64,000 bases of DNA from Orbicella franksi (taxonomy: Eukaryota): contig OZ116707.1 in assembly GCA_964199315.1 (NCBI GenBank), forward strand, positions 15,066,001-15,130,000. The letters are read 5' to 3'. The notes below the pieces were generated by a model that searched no databases, was not told the DNA's origin, and saw only the letters and a program-made list of their open reading frames with translations. Position 1 is the first letter of the stretch, and each line of letters starts with the position of its first letter. Shown piece by piece: positions 34,778 through 45,317 of this stretch. The position numbers and the translations under genes were made by a program.

Positions 34778-35406
34778 CAGCGTAACACAACGCCAAAACC
34801 AGGCACGCGATATAAAAGTCGACGAACGCCCTAGCGCGCCCCGATGACCAATCTGCGCCCTCAAAGGAAAACGTCAGTATTTTTCGATATGTAGTCAGTC
34901 CAGAATGACCGCAAATGAGAGTGGAAAGAGGCTTAAGAGACAATTTACAAGACATTAAAGGAGGTTATGAAGGGAGACAAAAATTCTAAACTGGGGGCCC
35001 TATCTCGTATTCGACAAATCGAGATAAAATATTTTGCGATTAAAAGATAGAAATGGGATTTTTTGTTTTTGTCTCAAACCAATTACTGTATAATGGATAA
35101 GGTAAGGTTCGTATCCTATGTTGTTGCGAATTTTTTTTGACAATCATTGTTTTGGGTGTAGCTACAATTGCAAATCAGCTTTCAAAATATCACAATAGCG
35201 CGCGGTACGTGAAAAATAATTACCCTACAACACCTTACTACGTCTGCGCTGGTAAAAAAAAAAACCCAGAATGTTACACATGTTAACTGGATTTGGAAAA
35301 CAACTTTTGTACCCGTGAATGAACAGAGAAACTGGAACCCGAAAAGGAAGACGCTATACTCAATTATAATGGTGCAGGATGTCAATGTTCTTCTTCTGTT
35401 GAAACT

Positions 35407-35408
35407 TG

Positions 35409-35444
<36 letters not shown>

Positions 35445-35480
35445 CACAACGAAATCAACACCAACAACAAAGAAGGAGGA
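35407..35480 (+). repeat. (CAA)n microsatellite
   Basis: Direct reading of the sequence. Confidence 0.9.
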
Positions 35481-35952
35481 GGAGGACAGAAGACCCATTG
35501 CCTCGCTAACATCCTTGAAATCGCTTCTTAAAATAAAGGTTTTCTATTCTATACTATTCTATTCTGTTCTATTCTTACATCTCTGTCGTTGTTTTGGTCA
35601 GAATTCTAGTAATTTACGCTAATATTGCAAAGACCGTAAACAAAGCTAACAAACTTAGATAACTGACTAAACGCCTGTGTTTTTGTTACACGAAAACTAG
35701 AAATGTCGTGCGCATTGCTCATTGTGCTTTCATTAATTAGTTTATTGTTGTTCTTAAGTTAATTTTCCGCCCAATGATGAAAAGGTGAGATATTTTAGCT
35801 GCTATTAATGCTAATTAAGACGCTAAGCCTTTTCAAATCCATTTTCATTTGTAGACAAAAGGGTTTTAACTCCTCCTCCTTAAAAAACCTATAAAAGCAT
35901 GAAGAGAATCACGATGAGTTAAAATACAAATACAATCAGTTGGTACGTGTTC

Positions 35953-37975
35953 ATGAAACCCCGAGAGAAAAACATGTTAAGTTTGAAGAGTTTGGACGAT
36001 AAACCACTCGCTACTAATCATGCTGATGTCAGACGAAAGTTTAATTTTGATGGGTTAGTCATCAAAAAGCCATTGGAAGACGAACCTGATCGATTTCAAA
36101 GCGGAGGGCACAGCATTGCCCGCCATCGACTCTTCTTCGGCGAAACCGAGCCCTTAGTTCTACTCAGCTGGTGTCCTGGTAAGTGAAAATGTCTCATTAG
36201 TTTTAGAATCCATTTTACACTGAGTTTTCGCTGACAAGGAACTTGCGCAAAAACTAAGAAAAGTGTTCCAACCTTTTTCTCCAATCACAAGGCAGCCAAG
36301 CCCAGAGACCACATCTTTTAAAACACTAAAAATTCGCGTACAGGCTCATATCTTTCGCCAGAGCAAATACAATGACACCTTCGGCTGAATCGAAGGAGAG
36401 CCAAATGAATAAAAGTTTGCTCAGCACGCAGCTGAAGCATAGTAAATGTTCGCGCCAGTACGATGATTATGATTGACTTAGATTCCGATCCTGCAGTTCT
36501 TGTAACAAAGCTCTTCTGTGAGTTTTTTTTTAAAATGCTTGTTGTCTTGTTTTCGTTTAGATGTTCGTACCAGCCGGTACGATCCTGATATGTCATCGCC
36601 AAGCAAAGAATCTTTTCGTGTCAAGAGAACTTGTTTCACCTTTAAACAGAAGACAAAGCTGGAGGAACTGTTCCACAGGAAGAAATTCCTAAACATGAAA
36701 GAGAAAGCAAAACTGGCGACAGACCTCGGAGTAACCAAGCTGGAAATAAAGGTATCTGAAACTTTATTTTTCCTTTCTTTAAATAATTGATACTATTTTT
36801 GATAAAATCTCATAGTTGTTAGCAAATCCTGAAAGAAGTGACCCCTCTCTGAAAGTGACGACCTCAAACGTAATTTGACTTGTTATGACAAACAGTGAAA
36901 GTAGCAGACGCCGGCAGCACAAAGAGCCTCATATTTGTTTGAAATGATCTTAGTTGGAAAGGCATATCACTATCCTGTTGGTATAACAAATTCTTTTCAA
37001 CAAGATTTATCCCTTTTTTTTTCTCTCTCTCTCTATGTAGGACATTTTTATTTATTAAGAAGGCTAGCCCTAAATGCGTTTATAGGCGGAAGGCTGCTAA
37101 AGAAGCGCTTCTGCTCTCGGAACTTAATTCACTTACTTACGGTCTCAGACTACAGTATAATTCATTTCTTCAGGTCCTACAGCCTTTGCTTGTTCGAGTA
37201 TTTTGTGATTTGTTATACTGAATTCATGTTTAATACCATTTTAGAAGTCTTCAATGTAACGAAAGGCATTATTTTCTGGTTGTCGCTACTTATACTTTCG
37301 TGTTTAAAACAAAAGTGAAAACTTTTGAAATACCCCAAGAAAAACAAACAATTGAAAGTTATAACTGGTTCCGGAAGGTCGGAGGATACCGGGGGAAGGG
37401 GTGGGCGAGGGTTCTTTCGGAACGATGCCGTTGTTTTGAAAGAGTCATGCTTAAAAACTGAAAAACTTAGAAGTGTTAATGACGACTTTATTTGTAAATT
37501 TATTCACTTTTGTATTTTTATTTTGATAGATAGGCTTTTATCTTGAAAATAATTATAATGTCTAAAAATTTAATTTGTACATAGTCCTGATAATTGTAAC
37601 TCGTTTTAGGTTCCCCCAATTAGCAGTATTTTAAACATGACATTTTTCTATTTTTAGATTTGGTTCGAAAAGAGACGTCAATAATGGAAGAAGGAACATA
37701 AGAGTGGTCAAGTTGAACACTCAAGCATGTTTACACTGCTGGCAAATCCACTGACACCGTTCCCGCGACCATTCCAAAATTTTATCCTTCTCTGTGATCC
37801 AACAACATCCTCGGACGGCCGGGACTCGTTGCCAGGCATTGCACCCAGTTGCCGAGGAGACCTGAACCGAAATAGTGAAAAGCATCTTGACAATTCGTCA
37901 GAATGTCACCTGTTAGAGCGAGAAACTTGTAAAACAGAGCAGGAAGAGTTTTTATTTAGGTTTTCTAACCGTTAA
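35953..37975 (+). pseudogene. Divergent homeobox gene with a premature stop in helix 3
   Basis: Exons 35953-36178, 36561-36751, 37658-37975 (GT-AG, phases 1 and 0). Homeodomain FRVKRTCFTFKQKTKLEELFHRKKFLNMKEKAKLATDLGVTKLEIK|IWFEKRRQ*WKK; TAA at 37682-37684, frame otherwise open to 37975. Confidence 0.85.
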
Positions 37976-38149
37976 TTTCCATATATGACTTTGAGATAGT
38001 TTTATGCCAGTAAAAAAATTAGAAAAATTATTCGTACAGTATCTCTGTTTGTATATAAGATCTGTTATCAATGTAGCCAATCTTTACTTAATAGCATAAG
38101 AATAAAATTGCAAAAATGTTGAAATGTCTCACACAGTACAGTATAGTGA

Positions 38150-38345
38150 CAATTTAGATTGCATTTTTAATAAAGTCATATTCCCGCCCTTACTGTCACC
38201 TCTTTTCTCCGCTCTTTGTCTTGCAGTCACGCCCGCCTTTTCTGTCCTCTCTTTGTCCAGTGGTCACGTTTCCCTTTCCCCTCTCTATGTCAAGTGGTCA
38301 CGCTCCCCTTTTCTCTTTTCCGAGTTCAACTCCTCGGTCATGCTT
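38150..38345 (+). repeat. Diverged copies of the 35-bp minisatellite unit
   Basis: gtcaagtggtcacgctccccttttctc-type units related to the 39566 array. Confidence 0.7.
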
Positions 38346-38473
38346 GTAAATAGCCAACTGGTCTTCCTCCCGCCAGTTGGGATTTTTAACCATGTTATGT
38401 TCATTTGAATTATTTGTTTCATCATTTGGTTTCATTGGCCCTGAAAAGCCTCATTGGGGGAGTGGTCAATTAA

Positions 38474-39485
38474 GGTGGTCTTATACCTAAATTTTTTTTT
38501 TTTTGCAAAACAACTCTGTGGAACAGTTTTGGTATCACGTTAAAGGACTTTGCACTCTGACTTCAAAAATGAGCTATTCCAGCTCACGTGCCATGATAGT
38601 TAATGAATAACTAGCTCCTTAGTGTTAAAAAGTGGTGTTCATTATAAACACGATAACGTAATAATGAATGGTTCGAGAAGTATGGAATTAAGTTCATCCT
38701 GTCCATAAGCAAGTTGTCCAGGAGACAAACCTCAGAAAACAGTGTTTTGAGGGGGTTTTTCTCGTGAAATGTTGAAAAAGTGTATTAATATTAACTAATA
38801 TTAACTATATTAACTAAATAACAGGAAAAAATTTCATAAATTGCAAATTTTGGAGGTTTAAGACCTAGATAATTGTGACCTTCATCAATGTTGAAAATTT
38901 GACAACATTCGGTTAAAACCCAGTGGAGATATCGTGTGCGAGATATTGATGATCCGTCTATTTGGTCATTTTGAGAAATAAGGCTTTAAAGTTTTACTTC
39001 GGTCTCCGAGAGCCCAAATTAGCCCTGTGAACTAGGGGGGGGGGAGGTTAGGGGCAGGGGGAGGGGTATATTTAAAGGTTTTACATAAATGTTTCATTGA
39101 ACACCCGAATACACACCAGTCATAGAAATGTTATCCAAGTATAAGGAGCGTATAAGATGGTAGAAGAAATAATGTTCAGGACCATGATGCAAAATTCTCA
39201 TAACTACACATCTTTAAAGCGTTTGTGTAAAGTATCATTAAAATGTATTGAATTGAATCCATTTTGTGAGTACTTTTAGACTGTAAACAATGGTTGCTAT
39301 GGGTGTTGCTATGTTGAAATATAGCTAGAAGTGTTCAAATTTCTTCATTTACACGTAAATTCAGGAGTAATTAGAGGAAAATCGTTTCAAAATACGATTT
39401 ACAAATGGACAGGGATGTTGACTCTCCATGTTCCAAAAAAATGGTTTTCTGGAGAAAAATTTATATCTGAGAGTATAAGACCCCC
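38474..39485. mobile_element. TTAA-flanked non-autonomous DNA transposon (Kolobok-like)
   Basis: TTAA|GGTGGTCTTATAC...GTATAAGACCCCC|TTAA. Confidence 0.8.
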
Positions 39486-39529
39486 TTAAGATATTTATTT
39501 ATTTATTTATTTATTTATTTCTCGTCTCT

Positions 39530-40450
39530 AGCTCTTGTGGTCACACTCACCTTTTCTCCTCTATGTCTAGTGGCCGCGCTCCCCTTTTCTCCTCTCTATG
39601 TCTAGTGGCCACGCTCCCCTTTTCTCCTCTCTATGTCTAGTGGCCACGCTCCCCTTTTCTCCTCTCTATGTCTAGTGGCCACGCACCCCTTTTCTCCTCT
39701 CTATGTCTAGTGGCCACGCTCCCCTTTTCTCCTCTCTATGTCTAGTGGCCACGCTCCCCTTTTCTCCCCTCTATGTCTAGTGGCCACGCTCCCCTTTTCT
39801 CCTCTCTATGTCTAGTGGCCACGCTCCCCTTTTCTCCTCTCTATGTCTAGTGGCCACGCTCCCCTTTTCTCCTCTCTATGTCTAGTGGCCACGCTCCCCT
39901 TTTCTCCTCTCTATGTCTAGTGGCCACGCTCCCCTTTTCTCCTCTCTATGTCTAGTGGCCGCGCTCCCCTTTTCTCCTCTCTCTGTCTAGTGGCCACGCT
40001 CCCCTTTTCTCCTCTCTATGTCTAGTGGCCACGCTCCCCTTTTCTCCTCTCTATGTCTAGTGGCCGCGTTCCCCTTTTCTCCTCTCTATGTCTAGTGGCC
40101 ACGCTCCCCTTTTCTCCTCTCTATGTCTAGTGGCCGCGCTCCCCTTTTCTCCTCTCTCTGTCTAGTGGCCACGCTCCCCTTTTCTCCTCTCTATGTCTAG
40201 TGGCCGCGCTCCCCTTTTCTCCTCTCTATGTCTAGTGACCGTGCTTCCCTTTTCTCCTCTCTATGTCTGGTGGTCACGCTCCCTTTTGCTCCTTTCTATG
40301 TCTAGTGGTTACGCTCCCCTTCTCTTTCTATGTCCAGTGGTCACGCTCCTCTTATCTCCTCTCCATGTCCGGTGGCTACGCTCCTCTTGTCTCCTTTCTA
40401 CGTCCAGTGCTCACGCTCAACTTTTGTCCCCTCTATGTCTAGTAGTCACC
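39530..40450 (+). repeat. 35-bp minisatellite (TCTAGTGGCCACGCTCCCCTTTTCTCCTCTCTATG), about 19-20 near-identical units plus diverged edges
   Basis: Exact 35-nt period from 39566 to about 40265, with no spacers. Confidence 0.97.
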
Positions 40451-40628
40451 CTACCCATCATGATCGTAAAGGGAGGCTTTAATATTATGTTTTACAAATA
40501 ACAAAATATGATTGTATGAAAATCAAGGCCGGCAATCATTTCCTGACATATTAAAAAGACAAGCTATTGAGAGTGTAAATGCAACAATCCAACCTACATT
40601 GAAACCTGTATTAAGCGGGCCCACTCTC

Positions 40629-40677
<49 letters not shown>

Positions 40678-42012
40678 TAACAAAGGTTTATTAGCATTCC
40701 ACTGGGCGTGGCTCTCCTATGCTGAGACCTATGTACAGTAACAAAGAAAATTGAATCCAACTATCTCTAAACTTGAATAAAGAAAAGGAAAACAAGCCTC
40801 AGAATTACTCAAATTCGGCTTTCGCAGAGGAAAAATAAACGCTTTTACGTGCATTTCCGCAGGAGTGTCTCAGGGTCAGTGGTGTTTTTAATGTCCTTAG
40901 GCAAACTGTTAAAAAAGCGGGCTGCGGAGTCCTGAAACGTGCCAGGGAACTGAAGCACTACCAAATTAAGTTCTGACGAAGATCTTAAGATGCGTGTCGG
41001 TGTTCGGACGTCTAATCTGAGATAGGATGGCCATTCCTCGTTATAAAGTGCCTTACATATAATTCTTGAAGACATGATTGATCATCGCAGTTATATACAC
41101 AACTTAAGCAGTTATGATCAATCATGTCATCATAACTTTCTCCGCAGTTCAAATATGTGATCTTTCATATATTCACTTGCATATAATTCTTGATAGACTG
41201 AGATCTCTATGGTACTTAACAGGCAGCCAGCCAAGTTTTGGCACATCAGGTATACTAAAGAAACGGTTTAAGACGAAACCGGCTGGCAGCCGCGAGCTGT
41301 ACACGCTGCACGCTATGGGTGAAGTGATGATATATTATATCGTTATAGTTCAATCTAGATAGCACGAGACATTCTACTAACTGTTTTCTAATGTGGAACG
41401 GTGCAAAGTTCTTGACTTTCCTGATCACGGAGAGAGTGCTGTAACAGCTTGCCACCTTAGAAAGGACATCATTATTCCATTTAAGGTTTTGATGAAACTC
41501 CGTCCCAAGTAACGTACATGTAGAGGCCGATTTCACCCTGTCCAAGATTGTGTCATTGGCTCTATACAAAAGGCAAATTAAAGATAACTTTTGGAGCCTC
41601 CAAGCAAAAATTAAAGCTAAACTAAAGTAACTTAAATGTACCTTTAAGACAATTTAGAGGATCTTACTAGAGCCTATGAAATGAGCCTATAGGGTAACTT
41701 TAATTTCAGCTTAATGTGCTCATGAAATGGTTTATTAGAAGACTTTACTTAACACATGAAAGTTCAATTAAATGTTTATTTCAGGAATTTCGTAAATGAA
41801 TTAAATTGTTTAAATGCCTCCAATGTAGGCCTTTAAGTTAGCTTTAAAACCAATTAATTGAGTTACTTCACCCCGTGTAAGTTTCAAGGAATATTCGTCT
41901 AGACCATGTGCACGAGCAAGCTGCTGGGTAGAGAACAGCATCACTTTCGTCTTGGTGGGATTCAAGCAAAGGTTGTTGTCAGCTGACCAGGTGGAGAGGC
42001 TGTCAATCGCTC
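40629..42012 (-). mobile_element. 5'-truncated L2/CR1-clade LINE 3' end with (ATT)n tail, interrupted twice
   Basis: Minus-strand peptides AIDSLSTWSADNNLCLNPTKTKVMLFS (about 41890-42010), LLGTEFHQNLKWN...LVLSRLNY (41255-41569) and LRSS...GTFQDSAARFFNSLP (40845-41075). AATAAA then (ATT)n at 40629-40680; insertions at about 41080-41175 and 41575-41885. Confidence 0.85.
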
Positions 42013-43644
42013 AGGTTGGAGCGACTCTCTTGTGGACACTAGCTTGAGTCCCTAAATTTTCTGCCCACATTTACTGTGAAATTAACTTGCATTCTGCGGA
42101 CACCTCTTAAGCGGACGCGGACACCAATATTATGCCATTTCGTTGCACAAAACCTGAAATAAATGAGCGGACACTTCAAGGGCTTTTTACTTCTGAAAGC
42201 TCAGCTCAGACTCTTTTAACATTGTTCAGCGATGTCGTTTTAAAGCTAAGTAGATTATTCTAGATTGATGCATTGACTAACTGGACACTGTGCCATGAGC
42301 TGTCTTTGATCTTACACTGTGTTACACAATTGGCATTATCATCGTCCTCGTCATCAAACTCGGACGTTTTAATTATCCAGGGGAGGGTCATGGAATTTTA
42401 GGACAGGTTCCAGGGGAGGGTCGGGACATTTTCATCCTTTACCTTGGAAGGGTCATTTTATTTTCATCGCTTAACCGAAAATCTCAACCCCTCCTGCTAA
42501 TTTCTGACAAGTTTTATTGATCTCCGATCTTTTGTACTTGAAGCAGTTGTTTTGTTGCGCTCCCCAGGCACCCCTGGACGATTTATTATAGCAGCCTCGA
42601 TTGGATGCTCAATCCAGTAGTGGTTTTGCGAAGAGTTTAGCTCAAGCGAAGTGCGGTATCTTTTTTGGAAGTTTTCTCCCGAAATCAACTGCTCTAGAAA
42701 GGTATGTTGTAAATAATTACTACCTACGAGCTTTTATGCTCAATCAGATGTTTCTGTTGTATTGTATATTTCAACGTCTCTGCTTTGATTTCGCTTTGTT
42801 GTGGACGCCGACCAGTTCGTTACGGTCTCCAAAAGCGAACTTTAGAACGCTACTTTTTAAACGTCAGAACTGTTATTGAAAGGACTAACCACAAACCAAG
42901 CGCCACTTATGCTAATATAGCCCAGCACTAATTACTTTTGGAGTGATTACTGCTGAAATCAAGCACCATACAGTTAGATATAGTCCTGAGGTCACACAAA
43001 CTTGACCTCTGTGTTTTAACAATTCTTTTGTCTTGAACATTACGAACTCCATCGGTTTAGTCACGCTGACAAAGAAATCTTTGTAGAGAGGTGTCTGAAA
43101 CCTTTAAGATAAGGGGGAAACATATACATGGGAAGCTTACTTTCAAGAATGTCGTGTTAATTTATGAAAGTTTTTTTAAGAGCAGTTTTGATCGATGTAC
43201 GCGTAACACGTGGCATTTGAATGCTTGTTCAAATATAAGTTTCTTGTTTTGTTTTTCAGTAAGCATAAACACATTCTTATGTTTGTTGGGATCTTTAATA
43301 CCAGTCGAAAATTGAAGGATCATTATATCACGTTACAATTTTCCCTTCCTTGCAGACCCAGGGGCAGTTAGTTGGGGGCCCTGGGTCTTAAAGGGTGCTA
43401 TTTTCCACTTGAACAAAGAGATCGAGAATATAATGAAATTCCTATGAAAACAGGAATAAAAAAAAAAAGAATTTAATAAAATCAGTTCGAAAGGCTTACC
43501 TTTACCTGAAATATGTTCTAAACAATTTTTTGAATGAAAACAAAGGATTTCAAGTGAAAGATAACAGCCTGGAAATATCAAGTAAATTTTTTAATTGAAA
43601 ACATTGCTTTCACATGTACAGGATACAAGAGATACAAACCACAG

Positions 43645-44905
43645 GCATCCCAAACTTGTGACTTGAGGAACTGATCAAATGTTAATGATTTATGTATGTG
43701 TATCGAGTGGGATGTGACCACCTAAAGTGCATGGTGTTGTGTTACACTTTATGCTGTTGAGAATTTGAGTGCTCCAAAAGGCATTGGATGGAGTTTTAAC
43801 ATAATGAAGGATAAAATCGCTTAATGAAATAAAATGTTACTCTTTTTAAATAAATTAAAGAAAATGTACTCATCTTGCCTGGTTTCTGTTGTCCATTTTG
43901 GCCTATTTCATCATTTTTGGGGGGTTTTTGAGGTGTTTGTAACAGCTTTCTATAGACGAAGTCAAGGCTGGACAGAGCTGTTTTGAAAGCCCTGTACTGC
44001 GAGGCTGTTTTCTCACTGAAAATTGAACCGCTGCTCGAATTTCCCCTCCAATGCAAAGAATAGTCCATTTGTCCCCTTTTCTGGTCAGCTTGGAAAAGTC
44101 TTCCTCCTTTCCTCTCCAATTCAAATGATTTTTGTCTCACTACTGGAGCTTTCAACTTTCTGCCACACCTTGTGACCATACTTTTGACTACGGCACAGTT
44201 GGAAATCAACATTAGCGACTGCTCTAGCATGACAACTGCTACTTACCAGATGGGTGCACAGTCAAACATTTCCGTTAAAATATATCACCCTCTCCCGACA
44301 TCTGCGGGGGAGCATTTTGATGCCTCATTGTAATGTAAGACCACTAGTGTTGATTTCCAACTGTGCTGTAGTCGAAAGGATGGTCACAAGGTGTGGCGGA
44401 AAGTTGAAAGCTCCAGAAGTGAAGCAAAAATCGTTCAAACTGGAGTGGAAAGTAGGAAGATTTTTCCAAGCCGACCCGAAAAGGGGACAGATGGACTATC
44501 CTTCTTTGCGTTGGAGGGGAAAATTGTTTAGTGGATTTGAATTTCGGCGAGAAAAAGGCCTTGTGCAACAGTGCTTTCGAAACAGCTCTGTCTAGCCTTG
44601 ACTTCATCTATAGTAAACTGTGACAACCACCTCAAACCCCCAAAAACAATGAAATAGGCCAAATGGACAAAAGAAACCAGGCAAGGTGAGTATATTTTCT
44701 TTATTTTATTCGAAAAAGAGTAACATTTTATTTCACTGCACAATTGTATCCTTCATTATTTTAAACTCCATACAATGCCTTTTGGAGCGCTCAAATTCTC
44801 AACTGCCTGAAGTGCAACACTTTAGGTGGTTACTTCCCATTCGATATGTGTACACAAATCTATAATATTTGATTGATTCCTCGAATCTTGAGTTTGGTAC
44901 GCAAG
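43645..44905. mobile_element. Foldback element: two imperfect inverted arms of about 570 bp around a 128-bp spacer
   Basis: About 43645-44215 is the reverse complement of 44344 to about 44905; the mirrored ORFs 43796-44230(-) and 44254-44595(+) are visibly homologous. Confidence 0.9.
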
Positions 44906-45317
44906 TGTACAAACTGAATATTTATTCATGAAAAACTTTTTTTTCAAAAATCATACAGAATATGTCATATGCCAATTGAAAAATCCTTTTTTTCGAAACA
45001 TTTTTTTCAATTCAGCATATTTTCATCCCATTTTGCTTCAGTTACGGAAGAAGAAATTGTTATCCAATAGTTAATCAGCTTGTGTGGTATTTACTGAAAT
45101 AGTCATGCACCTCAGTGTCTGCGAAAGTGGTGGATATTAACCTCTGCTTTGGTGAATACTCGTTAATTATTCATGTCAATTTTGTCACAACAAATGACAC
45201 CAAATTCCCGCTCCTTGGCCTTACTCCTTGAATTTGAAAAAAAAAAACGCTTTAATTTCCTTCTCATGTTTACTGTAATGCCAATATTTTTTCAGGTGAA
45301 TTCAACTAGAAAGTATC

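Noticed and set aside
35315-35509. Poly-Gln protein
   Set aside because: It is the translation of a (CAA)n microsatellite and has no splice link to the homeobox gene.
39530-40450. CRISPR-like array (35-bp period)
   Set aside because: Units are contiguous with no unique spacers, there are no cas genes, and the context is eukaryotic; it is a minisatellite.
43796-44607. Pair of paralogous protein genes (144 aa and 113 aa)
   Set aside because: They are mirror translations of the two arms of a foldback repeat and have no domain or splice support.
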